NCBI GenBank assembly: GCA_016930795.1
Contig: JAFGFY010000093.1
Coordinates: forward strand, 6,306 to 70,305
DNA from: Deltaproteobacteria bacterium
GTDB lineage: Bacteria > Desulfobacterota > DSM-4660 > Desulfatiglandales > HGW-15
Length of the DNA stretch: 64,000 nt
Direction: 5' to 3'
The notes beneath the pieces were generated by a model. The model made no database searches. It saw only the letters and a list, made by a program, of their open reading frames with translations, and was not told the origin of the DNA. The position numbers were made by a program, and so were the translations under genes. Shown here piece after piece: positions 27,013 to 36,755 of the stretch (positions are counted from its first letter, which is position 1; every line of letters starts with the position of its first letter).

Positions 27013-28962
27013 ATGGGAATCCGAACGGTTAGACGTATTACTCAAGGTTTTTTCCTTCTGCTCTTCCTCTGGTTTTGTGCTGCATCGAACCTTGGCGAGC
27101 AGTGGTGGCAATTAAGGGGGTGGCCCATCAATTGGTTCCTGCAACTGGATCCTTTGGTCGGTCTCGGCACCTTGTTGAGCACCCACACCCTCTATTCCGG
27201 TCTCCTCTGGGGACTTGCGACAGTCGCCTTAACCATTATTCTGGGAAGGTTTTTTTGTGGGTGGCTTTGCCCTTTTGGATGTATCCATCAGATGGTGGGG
27301 GTGCTGGGAAAGCGAAAGATAAAGATTAGAGACCGGATTAAACTCAACAGATACCGTCGCTCCCAAGGCATCAAATACTGGATCTTGGTTTTTCTCCTTA
27401 GTGCGGCTGCAGGGGATTTGCTTACCTTTGTCATCAACACGCCTACACGGAGAACAACGGTTTTTTGGTTTTTGGTGATCTGCGCCCTCCTCTTTGTGGG
27501 CTTTAAGGCTGCGCAAAAAGAGGACGTACAACCCAGAAAGGCTATGATCATCGTCTTGGGTATTGCGCTTCTATGGGCGCTTCTCTGTCGTTTTGCGGAT
27601 ATTCAGGTATTATTACCCGTCACCCTTCAGACCGGATTACTGGATCCCATTCCCCTCCTCTATAGATCTGTCAATTTGGTCATATTGCCTCCATTAGACA
27701 GTGCGGGTTTTCACCTGAACCCAAGCGAGCGGATCTACGATGGAGTGTGGACCGTCGGCCTCGTGTTTATGACGGCCATCTTGCTCAACCTTTTCGTCCC
27801 TCGCTTCTATTGTCGATTCATCTGCCCTTTAGGCGCCCTCTTCGGCGTCCTAGACCGTTTTTCCATCTGGAGGGTCCAGAAAAAAGATATGGAGGCCTGT
27901 AAGGATTGCCGTCTTTGTGAACAGAATTGCGAAGGGGCATGCCAGCCCTCTACCCAAATTCGTATCAGTGAATGTGTACTCTGCCTCAATTGTCTTGATG
28001 ACTGTCCCCACGGCTTGATGGGATACGGCACCAGACCCTCTGTGACAGGCGAGTTCTTATCACCTGATGTCTCTAGGCGTGAGTTCACGGTAGCCTTAAT
28101 CGCCGGGGTGATCTCTGTCCCTATGATCCGGTTAAACGGACACATCGGTCCCAATTGGAACCCTGACCTCATTCGCCCGCCCGGTGCTCTGCGAGAGGAA
28201 GACTTTCTCACCCGCTGTATCAAATGTGGACAATGCATGCGTGTGTGCCCTACGAACGTGATCCAACCCGCGGGACTTTCCAGTGGAATCGAAGGGATCT
28301 GGACGCCGGTACTCAATTTCCGTGTTGGCACCAGTGGATGCCAATTCAATTGCATCGCCTGTGGGAATGTCTGTCCCACCGCAGCGATCCGTCCCCTGAG
28401 CCTTGATGAACGCTTGGGCGTCAATGACTTCTCGGAAAACGGGCCGATTCGTATCGGAACGGCCTTTGTTGATAGAAACAGGTGTCTTCCCTGGGCCATG
28501 GACCGCCCTTGTATCGTCTGTCAGGAAAATTGTCCCGTCAGCCCAAAGGCCATCACGACCCAGATCCAATTCAGTGTCATTCACAAAGACAATGTCTTAA
28601 CGGCCAAAGGGGTTGACGCCTTGGAGATCCAACTGTTAAACGGTGGTTTCATACCGGAACGTTACGCTACCGGAGACTACTATCTTCGGATGGATGGACA
28701 GAATGACGAGAGCGCACTGCAACCGATTATCTCTAACACAGAGGACACTCTTGCCGTCTCCGTCTCTGAGAAATCGGTTGGAGTTCTGTCAAAAGACACA
28801 GCGATTGATATCGTCATTCGCCTCCAAAAACCGGTTGTGGATCCAGAACGCTGCATAGGATGCGGGGTCTGCCAACATGAATGCCCGGTCAAGGGAAAAC
28901 GGGCTATTAGAGTCAGCGCAGAGAATGAAACCAGAAACCGTGATCACCGCCTTCTGCTTTAG
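27013..28962 (+). CDS. Fused NapH/MauN-like membrane Fe-S protein + NapG/MauM-like polyferredoxin, 649 aa
   Basis: CxxCP motifs CGWLCPFG and CRFICPLG sit within a multi-TM half. Ferredoxin motifs: CKDCRLCEQNC, CVLCLNCLDDCP, CIKCGQCMRVCP, CIACGNVCP, CIVCQENCP, CIGCGVCQHECP. There is an internal SRREF followed by a hydrophobic helix, then LIRPPGA. Confidence 0.85.
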   Translation: MGIRTVRRITQGFFLLLFLWFCAASNLGEQWWQLRGWPINWFLQLDPLVGLGTLLSTHTLYSGLLWGLATVALTIILGRFFCGWLCPFGCIHQMVGVLGKRKIKIRDRIKLNRYRRSQGIKYWILVFLLSAAAGDLLTFVINTPTRRTTVFWFLVICALLFVGFKAAQKEDVQPRKAMIIVLGIALLWALLCRFADIQVLLPVTLQTGLLDPIPLLYRSVNLVILPPLDSAGFHLNPSERIYDGVWTVGLVFMTAILLNLFVPRFYCRFICPLGALFGVLDRFSIWRVQKKDMEACKDCRLCEQNCEGACQPSTQIRISECVLCLNCLDDCPHGLMGYGTRPSVTGEFLSPDVSRREFTVALIAGVISVPMIRLNGHIGPNWNPDLIRPPGALREEDFLTRCIKCGQCMRVCPTNVIQPAGLSSGIEGIWTPVLNFRVGTSGCQFNCIACGNVCPTAAIRPLSLDERLGVNDFSENGPIRIGTAFVDRNRCLPWAMDRPCIVCQENCPVSPKAITTQIQFSVIHKDNVLTAKGVDALEIQLLNGGFIPERYATGDYYLRMDGQNDESALQPIISNTEDTLAVSVSEKSVGVLSKDTAIDIVIRLQKPVVDPERCIGCGVCQHECPVKGKRAIRVSAENETRNRDHRLLL

Positions 28963-29132
28963 TTCATTCGCGCGGCCGTCTCGGAGCGTGTTCATCACAC
29001 CGTTGCATGTTTTGGTTCTATCATGCTAACTCCCAAAGAGCCGGGTCTCTCTGAACAGGCTCTTTCCTCACAGAGAAATTGAAGCAGGCGCGAAGGAAGG
29101 TCTTAAAGGAGACGCGAGAGCAAGGGGACACC

Positions 29133-30347
29133 GTGAAAACAGGACAAAAAATCGAGTTCTCCAATGGGGAGTTCAAGGTACCGGCACATCCTATCATCCC
29201 CTACATTGAAGGGGATGGCATAGGTCCTGATATATGGCGGGCTGCCGTCAGGGTCATTGACCAAGCTGTTGAATTGTGCTGGCATGATTCGCGGCGGATT
29301 GTCTGGAAGGAAGTCCTTGCGGGTGAAAAAGCCTATACACAGAATAAGAACTGGCTTCCTCAGGAGACCCTGAACGCGTTCCGGGAATATAGGATCGGCA
29401 TCAAGGGCCCGTTGACCACACCTGTTGGCGAAGGAATTCGTAGCCTCAATGTCGCCATCAGACAGGCCCTCGATCTTTACGCCTGCGTGCGGCCCGTCCG
29501 GTATTTCCCGGGCGTCCCCAGTCCAGTCAGAGAACCCCATAAGGTGGATATGATCGTTTTTCGAGAGAATACTGAGGACATCTATGCAGGATTCGAGCTT
29601 GAGAAAGGGAAAGAACAAACTCGTCATCTTTTGGACCATCTCTTCGAGGCCTATGGCTGGAGAATCCGTGAAGATTCCGGAATCGGGATCAAACCCATCA
29701 GTGAGACCGGCAGTCGAAGACTGATTAGGGCAGCCATAAATTACGCTCTTCGATATCGCCGTAGGAATGTCACCATTGTGCACAAAGGGAATATCCAGAA
29801 GTATACGGAAGGCGCGTTTCGAAAATGGGGTTATCAGCTGGCGAAGGAAGAATATGCCGAACAGACAATCCTTTGGGAAGACGTTATGGATACACCGCCG
29901 AAAGACAAAATCCTGATCAAGGATACCATCGCCGACATTTTTTTTCAGCAGGCGCTGACAAGACCTGAGGAATTTGACGTTATCGCTACCACTAACCTGA
30001 ATGGAGACTACATCTCGGATGCCCTCGCGGCTCAAGTCGGCGGTGTAGGGATGGCACCTGGCGCGAACATCAATTATCAAAGCGGGTACGCCGTCTTTGA
30101 AGCCACACACGGCACGGCACCGAAATACGCGGGCCTTGACAAGGTCAATCCCACCTCATTCATCTTGAGCGGGGCTATGATGCTTGAGTTTATGGGATGG
30201 TCAAAGGCAGCCAAACTCATAGAGACAGGATTGGAAAAGACCATTCTCTCCAAAAAAGTAACTTATGATCTGGCCAGGCTCATGCCGGGCGCAGAAGAAG
30301 TGACCTGCTCCCAATTCGGCGCGTGTATTTGCGATAATATGAAGTGA
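29133..30347 (+). CDS. icd: NADP-dependent isocitrate dehydrogenase
   Basis: [16 protein letters not shown] and [27 protein letters not shown] prefer GTG 29133 (after AAGGGGA) to the track's TTG 29079. Confidence 0.93.
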   Translation: MKTGQKIEFSNGEFKVPAHPIIPYIEGDGIGPDIWRAAVRVIDQAVELCWHDSRRIVWKEVLAGEKAYTQNKNWLPQETLNAFREYRIGIKGPLTTPVGEGIRSLNVAIRQALDLYACVRPVRYFPGVPSPVREPHKVDMIVFRENTEDIYAGFELEKGKEQTRHLLDHLFEAYGWRIREDSGIGIKPISETGSRRLIRAAINYALRYRRRNVTIVHKGNIQKYTEGAFRKWGYQLAKEEYAEQTILWEDVMDTPPKDKILIKDTIADIFFQQALTRPEEFDVIATTNLNGDYISDALAAQVGGVGMAPGANINYQSGYAVFEATHGTAPKYAGLDKVNPTSFILSGAMMLEFMGWSKAAKLIETGLEKTILSKKVTYDLARLMPGAEEVTCSQFGACICDNMK

Positions 30348-30354
30348 GAAGGCC

Positions 30355-31464
30355 TCAAGACTGAAGTTGCTCTGAAGCCTCAAATTCCGTCATCTTCCTT
30401 TGTGCCTCAGGATGATTGGGATTGTGTAAAAGGATGTCTCCGTAAGTCTTCCGGGCCAGGTCTTGTCTTCCCGTTGTTTCAAGAATTCTGGCCTTGTGCA
30501 AGAGAGCGGCCTTATTTCTAGGCTCCAGCTTCAAGGATTCTTCGAAATACTGCAGGGCCCTTTCCAGATTATGAATGCCCTTTCCATAAATATGAAACCA
30601 GCCAAGCATGTTGTAGATAATGGGTTTATATTCTGTCACTGCCAGGGCCTGTTCGGCAATCCGAATGGCATGGTTTTCCAAGTAGTCGTGTTTGCCTGAG
30701 GCGATGAGGGAAGCGTAATACCGAAGGAGAGTAATGAATACCCATGGCTCGGCCATAGGCTGATTCACGGCATAGTGCATTTTCTCCACCAGTCCATTCT
30801 TAAAATCGGCCGGCATAGAAGGCAGGAGTTCAGAGTGGATGAAAGAAATAATTTCGAAGACCGGCATGTCTTGGCCAAGACCTTTGAATGCCAAGCTCTG
30901 GGGTGGACTGAAAACCACGTTGAGTGAATTGTGTTCTTGACACTTCCGACGAAGGCTATCACCAACCATCACTTGATAACTCTTCCCTTTCCGCGACGTG
31001 GATTCGATGCGTTTCGTGATATTGATGGCATATCCCTCGACACTGGGCCTGACATCTCCCGTCTTTACACGCCATGCTCTCACACCTTTCACAACTTTCC
31101 CACAATTGATACCCACTCCGATCCGCGAGACGAGACGCCCTTCCTTCATTATTCTCTCATTGAAATCAGATACCAGCCAGGCGAGTTTCATTTTTACAGC
31201 CATGAGAAGGGCATTTCGTACATCATATTGGGTTGCACCTGAATAAAGAAAAACCCTTATCTCATCACCCGTAATGGACCAGGAACAATCAGACCCGTCC
31301 CCTTCGTAATCGTATTGTTCCAAATGGGCTGAGACAATCTCGTACATGGTGCTCTGGAAATGGACAATCATATCGTCATATTCCTGGAGTGTCAGGTTTT
31401 TCGACATTTCTGTGCTGTTCACAAGATCAGCGATAAGGATCGTAGCAAGGACGCTTTCTTTCAT
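30355..31464 (-). CDS. Class III nucleotidyl-cyclase-homology domain protein with C-terminal TPR repeats
   Basis: ILIADLVNST, ITGDEIRVF and EGYAINITKRIES fit the cyclase homology domain. The C-terminus is TPR-like (ALQYFEESLKLEPRNKAALLHKARIL). Confidence 0.75.
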   Translation of the reverse strand: MKESVLATILIADLVNSTEMSKNLTLQEYDDMIVHFQSTMYEIVSAHLEQYDYEGDGSDCSWSITGDEIRVFLYSGATQYDVRNALLMAVKMKLAWLVSDFNERIMKEGRLVSRIGVGINCGKVVKGVRAWRVKTGDVRPSVEGYAINITKRIESTSRKGKSYQVMVGDSLRRKCQEHNSLNVVFSPPQSLAFKGLGQDMPVFEIISFIHSELLPSMPADFKNGLVEKMHYAVNQPMAEPWVFITLLRYYASLIASGKHDYLENHAIRIAEQALAVTEYKPIIYNMLGWFHIYGKGIHNLERALQYFEESLKLEPRNKAALLHKARILETTGRQDLARKTYGDILLHNPNHPEAQRKMTEFEASEQLQS

Positions 31465-31544
31465 GGCTTCTGATCAATGTTATTCTCTAACCCTCCCTTC
31501 ATCCCAATTAAGCGGGACTGCAGGGATAGGTCTTGTGACGACCA

Positions 31545-32054
31545 TCATAACTCAAGATCGATGGTCCGTTCCTGTAGGTCGATCTTCATCCTCTGAACAT
31601 CATTTGAGAGGTTTTCAAGCTTCTGGGATAATTCTTGCAGCTCTTCTCTATTATCCGCGGCCTTTCTGTTTATGGCATCCTGGATTTTACCAATTGAGGT
31701 GTTCATAGACTTCTCTATAGAGGATTTTGTGGATGCTATCAAACGGGAATTCTCTTCCGAAGTGGACTTTCTGATCTCTTTGAGGGATGTGTTGATCTTT
31801 TCAAGAACCTCATTCAGTTTAGTCAAAAGCTGATTGATTGTGTTGTCGGAATACTTCTTGAGCCCTGCGATCCTCTGATTCAGATCTTCGGAGGTTTCCT
31901 CTCTTTGTTCTTGTAAAACGGATATTTTCCTCTCAGTTTTGGCTACTTTTTTCTTTATGCCTTTTAGAGTGACCAAGGCCCAAGCAGAAGTGAAAGCCGC
32001 AAAGAGCAAAAAAATGATAATCAGATAACCTGGAATCCCCGACAACTCATTCAT
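31545..32054 (-). CDS. Membrane-anchored coiled-coil protein, unknown function
   Basis: N-terminal TM segment GYLIIIFLLFAAFTSAWALVTL, followed by ~130 aa of heptad-like sequence. Confidence 0.6.
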   Translation of the reverse strand: MNELSGIPGYLIIIFLLFAAFTSAWALVTLKGIKKKVAKTERKISVLQEQREETSEDLNQRIAGLKKYSDNTINQLLTKLNEVLEKINTSLKEIRKSTSEENSRLIASTKSSIEKSMNTSIGKIQDAINRKAADNREELQELSQKLENLSNDVQRMKIDLQERTIDLEL

Positions 32055-32229
32055 TATCAGATCCTCCCCGTTCCCTTGACCATCAGGATTTGTAGCATTA
32101 GGTCCTTCCCAATATCAAATTGTGTCCAATTAGCCCTACATTTGTCTTTATCCTTTAGATTATTACATATTTATACAAAAAATACCAGACTGAATGTTAT
32201 GCACCCCTTCTAAAGTACACTATTTCTTC

Positions 32230-32258
32230 TTGACAAGCCCTAGTAGGGGATCTATAAA
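32230..32258 (+). promoter_or_regulatory. Sigma-70 promoter TTGACA-N17-TATAAA
   Basis: TTGACA at 32230-32235 and TATAAA at 32253-32258 with an exact 17-nt spacer, ~85 nt upstream of the rbr ATG. Confidence 0.6.
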
Positions 32259-32262
32259 AGTT

Positions 32263-32281
32263 AATAGTAATCATTCCTATT
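32263..32281 (+). promoter_or_regulatory. Fur-family (PerR-type) 7-1-7 operator AATAGTAATCATTCCTATT
   Basis: The 19-bp sequence is an imperfect palindrome; apart from the unpaired centre base, 8 of the 9 base pairs are complementary. It lies immediately downstream of the -10 box, and the operon encodes a Fur-family regulator. Confidence 0.5.
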
Positions 32282-32343
32282 AAGATAACCGTGTGCACCC
32301 GTTTTCATAAGGAGAACAAACCGTTGCCTAGACAGGGTGTTTT

Positions 32344-32853
32344 ATGTCCGACCTAAAAGGGACACAGACTGAAAAGGACCTTCAAGAGGCTTTTGCCGGG
32401 GAATCCCAGGCCAACCGTAAGTACCTTGCTTTCGCAAAACAGGCGGAGAAGGAAGGGTATTCACAAGTCGCCAAACTCTTCAGGGCGGCCGCTGAGGCCG
32501 AGACGATTCACGCCCATAATCACCTCCGCGCCCTTGGTGGCATCAATAGCACAGCGGAGAACCTCCAGGAAGCCCTTGATGGAGAAATTCATGAATTTAA
32601 GAACATGTATCCTGACATGATTGAACATGCCAGGAAGGAAGGCATTAAGGCCGGTGAGAGGACTTTCCGATACGCAAACGTCGTCGAGAAGGTTCACTCG
32701 GGGCTTTATCGAAAAGCCCTGGAAAATCTGGAAAATCTCAAAGAAACCGACTATTACGTCTGTTCCGTATGCGGCTATACCTGTGAAGATGAGGCCCCTG
32801 ATAGGTGTCCGGTCTGTAATGCCAAGGGCAGCGCCTTTTTCATGGTGGAATAA
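32344..32853 (+). CDS. rbr: Rubrerythrin
   Basis: Ferritin-like four-helix N-domain ([23 protein letters not shown]) plus a C-terminal rubredoxin motif CSVCGY...CPVCNA. Confidence 0.93.
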   Translation: MSDLKGTQTEKDLQEAFAGESQANRKYLAFAKQAEKEGYSQVAKLFRAAAEAETIHAHNHLRALGGINSTAENLQEALDGEIHEFKNMYPDMIEHARKEGIKAGERTFRYANVVEKVHSGLYRKALENLENLKETDYYVCSVCGYTCEDEAPDRCPVCNAKGSAFFMVE

Positions 32854-32922
32854 TTTCGAGCTTCTGCCACGGAATAGAAGTTCGAAGCTGCCTGAACAAT
32901 AGGACTCTTCAAGGGGGCGATC

Positions 32923-33390
32923 ATGAGAGGTGGTCCTTTGCCTTCCAATCAAAAATTCAGGATGACCAACCAGCGAAAGATGATTCTGGAGGAGGTCAAA
33001 AGGGTCCATACTCATCCTACTGCCGATGAAGTCTATGAAATCGTGCGTAAAAAGATCCCCCGGATTAGTATGGGGACGGTCTATCGTAACCTGGATGTCC
33101 TCGTAAAAAACGGTCTCATACGGAAGATCGATCCAGGTCAGGGTCATCCTCAGATGCGTTTTGACGCCAGAACCGAAGACCATTATCACATCACTTGTAT
33201 GAGTTGCGGCAATATTGAGGACCTCCCTGTGAATTCTCCGGACAGCGTCTTGGATAATCTGACAAAGACGCTTTTGAAGGCGACAGAGTATCGAATCGCC
33301 GGGCATCATCTTGATTTTTACGGCCTGTGCCCATTATGTACCCAGGAGGAGAAATCCTCATTTGGGGATAAGATGAAAGAATTTGAGTAG
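32923..33390 (+). CDS. perR: Fur-family peroxide-responsive repressor (PerR-like)
   Basis: [11 protein letters not shown]...[12 protein letters not shown], plus CMSCGN and CPLC zinc motifs. It sits between two rubrerythrin genes. Confidence 0.85.
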   Translation: MRGGPLPSNQKFRMTNQRKMILEEVKRVHTHPTADEVYEIVRKKIPRISMGTVYRNLDVLVKNGLIRKIDPGQGHPQMRFDARTEDHYHITCMSCGNIEDLPVNSPDSVLDNLTKTLLKATEYRIAGHHLDFYGLCPLCTQEEKSSFGDKMKEFE

Positions 33391-33406
33391 ACGAAAGAGG
33401 AATCTC

Positions 33407-33982
33407 ATGACTGAATTTAAAGGAACCCAGACGGAAAAGAACATTCTCACGGCGTTCGCTGGTGAATCACAAGCCAGGAACCGTTATTCCTATTTTGCCA
33501 GTCAAGCGAAAAAGGACGGCTATGTCCAGATAAGCGACATTTTTGAGGAGACGGCCAATCAAGAAAAAGAACATGCCAAAAGGCTTTTCAAGCTTCTTGA
33601 AGGAGGAGAGTTGGAAATCAGCGCAAGTTTCCCAGCCGGTGTCCTAGGAACGACCCTTGAAAATCTGAAAAAAGCTGCCGGGGGAGAAAACTACGAATGG
33701 ACGGAAATGTATCCGGGATTTGCGAAAACCGCCCGCAATGAGGGTTTTGAGGCTATTGCCAACATTTTTGATTCCATTGCTGTGGCAGAGAAACAGCATG
33801 AGAAGCGATATCTCGATCTTGCCGGAAATATCGAATCAGGACGCGTGTTCAAGCGTGAAAACAAGGTCGTCTGGCGTTGTCGAAACTGTGGTTATCTTCA
33901 TGAAGGCAATGAGGCCCCGGTGATATGCCCGGCCTGTGCCCATGAACAGGCGCATTTTGAGCTCCTGGGAGAAAATTATTAG
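33407..33982 (+). CDS. rbr: Rubrerythrin (second copy)
   Basis: [27 protein letters not shown] and a C-terminal CRNCGY...CPACAH. ATG 33407 follows AAGAGGA. Confidence 0.93.
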   Translation: MTEFKGTQTEKNILTAFAGESQARNRYSYFASQAKKDGYVQISDIFEETANQEKEHAKRLFKLLEGGELEISASFPAGVLGTTLENLKKAAGGENYEWTEMYPGFAKTARNEGFEAIANIFDSIAVAEKQHEKRYLDLAGNIESGRVFKRENKVVWRCRNCGYLHEGNEAPVICPACAHEQAHFELLGENY

Positions 33983-34104
33983 GATGCGCCTTAAGCCCTT
34001 TTTAATCTCCAGGATGAAAACGTGACGGCCAGGGAGCACTGCAACATTCATGAGCTTTGGAAGGCATAGGAATCCCACGGACGCGAAAAGGAAGGATAAA
34101 CACA

Positions 34105-34314
34105 ATGGCGAACCCGGAAGAGATGTGGCAGTGTCAGACACTGAACTGCGGGTATATATACAACCCTGATAAGGGGGATAAAAAAGGTAAAATCCCAAAA
34201 GGAACCCATTTCGAAGACCTTCCGGATGACTGGAAATGTCCCATCTGCGGTGCAACGAGAAAGATGTTTCGGCCCTTGGCCGGCCCGGGTTCCGTGGCGG
34301 CAGAAAGGTCTTGA
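34105..34314 (+). CDS. Rubredoxin-like protein with atypical C-x4-C first motif
   Basis: [25 protein letters not shown]...[20 protein letters not shown] 34105 follows AGGAAGGA. Confidence 0.85.
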   Translation: MANPEEMWQCQTLNCGYIYNPDKGDKKGKIPKGTHFEDLPDDWKCPICGATRKMFRPLAGPGSVAAERS

Positions 34315-34371
34315 CGAACACCTCAGATAATGGAGGCCGAATGACCGGCAAAAGACCTTAAAGCCAAGGAG

Positions 34372-34578
34372 ATGGATATGACAACACCACAACATTGCCC
34401 GGGTTTTGAATCCTTCAAGAGCCTGAAATCCTTTGAATGCAAGTGCCCTAACTGCGGGAAGGAAAAGGAAATCTTTTCTGATGAATTTGACAAGACCCAT
34501 GTCTGCACCGGCTGTGGTAAGGAAATCGATTTCACGAAATGCAGCATTGGAGGGGCCGCTACCACCGTGGGGACATGA
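34372..34578 (+). CDS. Small Cys-rich zinc-ribbon protein (66-68 aa)
   Basis: CKCPNCG...CTGCG pairs. AAGGAG precedes ATG 34372 and ATG 34378. Confidence 0.6.
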   Translation: MDMTTPQHCPGFESFKSLKSFECKCPNCGKEKEIFSDEFDKTHVCTGCGKEIDFTKCSIGGAATTVGT

Positions 34579-34665
34579 CAGGACCAAAAGCCCCGTTTTT
34601 CACTTGATAAATTTTTCACAATATGTCATAAAACCGGGCATTCATGGAATGATCTATTTTCGGCA

Positions 34666-34693
34666 TTGAAATAGATTCATTTCTACATATAAA
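34666..34693 (+). promoter_or_regulatory. Candidate sigma-70 promoter for cooS (TTGAAA-N16-TATAAA)
   Basis: Seen in the AT-rich 181-nt spacer upstream of cooS. Confidence 0.35.
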
Positions 34694-34759
34694 TTAAATA
34701 GCCACAGGATTCACATAGCACAAGATATCTCAAAAATCTTTCCACGAAGGAGAAGCGTA

Positions 34760-36739
34760 ATGGACAAAGAGGAAAAGAACGTTGTCAAAGCCAAGAAAGA
34801 ACCCGACATCAGAGACTGGACGATCTGTGATTCCACCATCCAGATGCTGGAAAAGGCCAGGAGGGACGGCGTTGAAACGGCCTTTGATCGGGCGGCCAAC
34901 ATGAAGGCCTGCCCTATTGGTGCGGATTCGGCCTGTTGCAAACACTGTTCCATGGGACCATGCAGACTAAATTCTAAAGAACCCTATGCCAAAACCGGTG
35001 TTTGCGGCGCGACCATTGACACCATCGCGGCCAGAAATTTCGCCCGTATGGTGGCCTCCGGGGCCTCCGCCCATACGGACCATGGCATGAGCATGCTGGA
35101 TGTGTTCAGAGAAGTGGTCAATGGGAATATTGAGGAATATTCCATCAAAGACCCCATCAAACTGGAAGAAGTGGCCAAATCCATTGGAATTGAGACCGAG
35201 GGACGTGAGATCAAGGACATTGCCATAGACCTTTATGAAGAACTTGAACGGACCTATACGCAGGTGGAAGGTGAAATCCCCTTTGCTCAACGTGTTCCCC
35301 CCAAGACCTTGGAGACATGGCGTAAACATGGTGTCGTTCCCAGGGGGGCCATGCGTGAAATCATGGAAATCATGCACCGAACCCATATAGGCGTGGATCA
35401 GCATTATGAGAATATTACCAAACAGTGCACTCGGACCGCCCTAGGGGATGGCTGGGGCGGATCCATGGTGGCCACGGAAATCTCCGATATTCTCTTCGGT
35501 ACCCCGACCCCTGTCAGAGCAGAAGTGGACATGGGCTGTCTCAAAGAAGATCATGTCAACATCATCATACACGGCCATGAGCCCAACATGTTTGAGTCTA
35601 TGCTGGCTTCGGTCAATGATCCGGATCTGATCAAGGCGGCCCAGGATGCGGGCGCTGCCGGGATCAACCTCGTCGGAATGTGTTGTTCCGGCGCGGAGAT
35701 GCTCTCCCGCCACGGGATTCCCCATGCCGGTAACTTCATGTCCACAGAAGCGGTTTTGGTCACCGGTGCCGTGGATGCCATGGGTGTGGACGTCCAGTGC
35801 ATCAAACAGGGACTGGCCAGAGTGGCCGAGTGCTACCAGACCAAGCTCTTCACCACCAATCCGAGAGCCCATATCGAAGGGGTTGAACACATCGAATTCG
35901 TTGAGCATGAACCGCGTGAATGCACGGATGCCATCGTGCAAAATGCCATCGTCAGATTCAAGAATCGGAATGTGGCCATTGAAATTCCGAAGATGAAAAG
36001 CCTGGGCATTCACGGATTCTCCCATGAATATATCAATTATATGCTGGGTGGAACCTTCAGGGCCTCTTATACCCCTTTGAACGATAATATTATCAATGGA
36101 AGGATCCGCGGCGTCGCGGGTGTTGTGGGCTGCACCAACCCACGGGTCAAGCATGACTATGTTCATGTGGAATTGGTTAAGGAACTGATCAGAAACGACG
36201 TTTTGGTGGTCCAGACCGGGTGCTCTCAGATATCTTTGGCCAAATACGGGTTCTATACGCCGGAAGCCGCCCATCTGGCTGGTCCTGGGCTGAAAGAGGT
36301 CTGCGAAACCGTGGGCATGCCTCCTGTCTTGGGCTGCGGATCCTGCGTAGATAACAGCCGAATCCTCATTGCATGTGCTGAAATGGTCAAAGCCGGCGGG
36401 CTGGGCGAGTCTATCGCGGACCTGCCTGTAGCCGGCGCCGCACCTGAGTGGATGAGTGAAAAGGCGATCTCAATCGGCCATTATTTCGTAGGGTCAGGCG
36501 TGTACACGGTTTTTGGGGTTACTTTCCCCATTATTGAAGGAACCAAATTCCATAAACACCTGTTTGAGGAACTTGAACAGCAGGGATTCGGGAAATGGGG
36601 CTTCGCGGCCGACCCCCATGAAATGGCCCGGATGATGATTGCTCACATTGACAAGAAGAGAAAGGCCCTCGGCATTGACAATGCCAGGGAAAGAGTTTTG
36701 GTGGATATGGCTGCCCGGCGCGATATCGAAGCGGCTTAA
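34760..36739 (+). CDS. cooS: Anaerobic Ni-Fe carbon monoxide dehydrogenase catalytic subunit
   Basis: CCKHCSMGPCRL and GVCGATIDTIAARNF (B/D-cluster region). All C-cluster ligand contexts are present: IIIHGHEPN, GMCCSGAEML, DVQCIKQG, GVVGCTNPR, QTGCSQ, GCGSCVDNSR. Confidence 0.93.
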   Translation: MDKEEKNVVKAKKEPDIRDWTICDSTIQMLEKARRDGVETAFDRAANMKACPIGADSACCKHCSMGPCRLNSKEPYAKTGVCGATIDTIAARNFARMVASGASAHTDHGMSMLDVFREVVNGNIEEYSIKDPIKLEEVAKSIGIETEGREIKDIAIDLYEELERTYTQVEGEIPFAQRVPPKTLETWRKHGVVPRGAMREIMEIMHRTHIGVDQHYENITKQCTRTALGDGWGGSMVATEISDILFGTPTPVRAEVDMGCLKEDHVNIIIHGHEPNMFESMLASVNDPDLIKAAQDAGAAGINLVGMCCSGAEMLSRHGIPHAGNFMSTEAVLVTGAVDAMGVDVQCIKQGLARVAECYQTKLFTTNPRAHIEGVEHIEFVEHEPRECTDAIVQNAIVRFKNRNVAIEIPKMKSLGIHGFSHEYINYMLGGTFRASYTPLNDNIINGRIRGVAGVVGCTNPRVKHDYVHVELVKELIRNDVLVVQTGCSQISLAKYGFYTPEAAHLAGPGLKEVCETVGMPPVLGCGSCVDNSRILIACAEMVKAGGLGESIADLPVAGAAPEWMSEKAISIGHYFVGSGVYTVFGVTFPIIEGTKFHKHLFEELEQQGFGKWGFAADPHEMARMMIAHIDKKRKALGIDNARERVLVDMAARRDIEAA

Positions 36740-36755
36740 TCCCGACCTGATCTTG

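Noticed and set aside
29103-30110. Long antisense ORFs: 335 aa opposite icd, and also 32461-33309, 35441-36274, 58711-59658 and 27807-28499.
   Set aside because: Each lies opposite a gene with unambiguous family motifs. Each has an Arg/Gly/Pro-rich, low-information composition and no RBS or recognisable motif. One even spans an intergenic gap between two real genes.
34579-34665. CooA/CRP-type TGTGA-N6-TCACA site upstream of cooS.
   Set aside because: Only isolated half-site-like pentamers (TTCAC, TCACA) are present, without a properly spaced partner. No cooA-like regulator gene is in the window.
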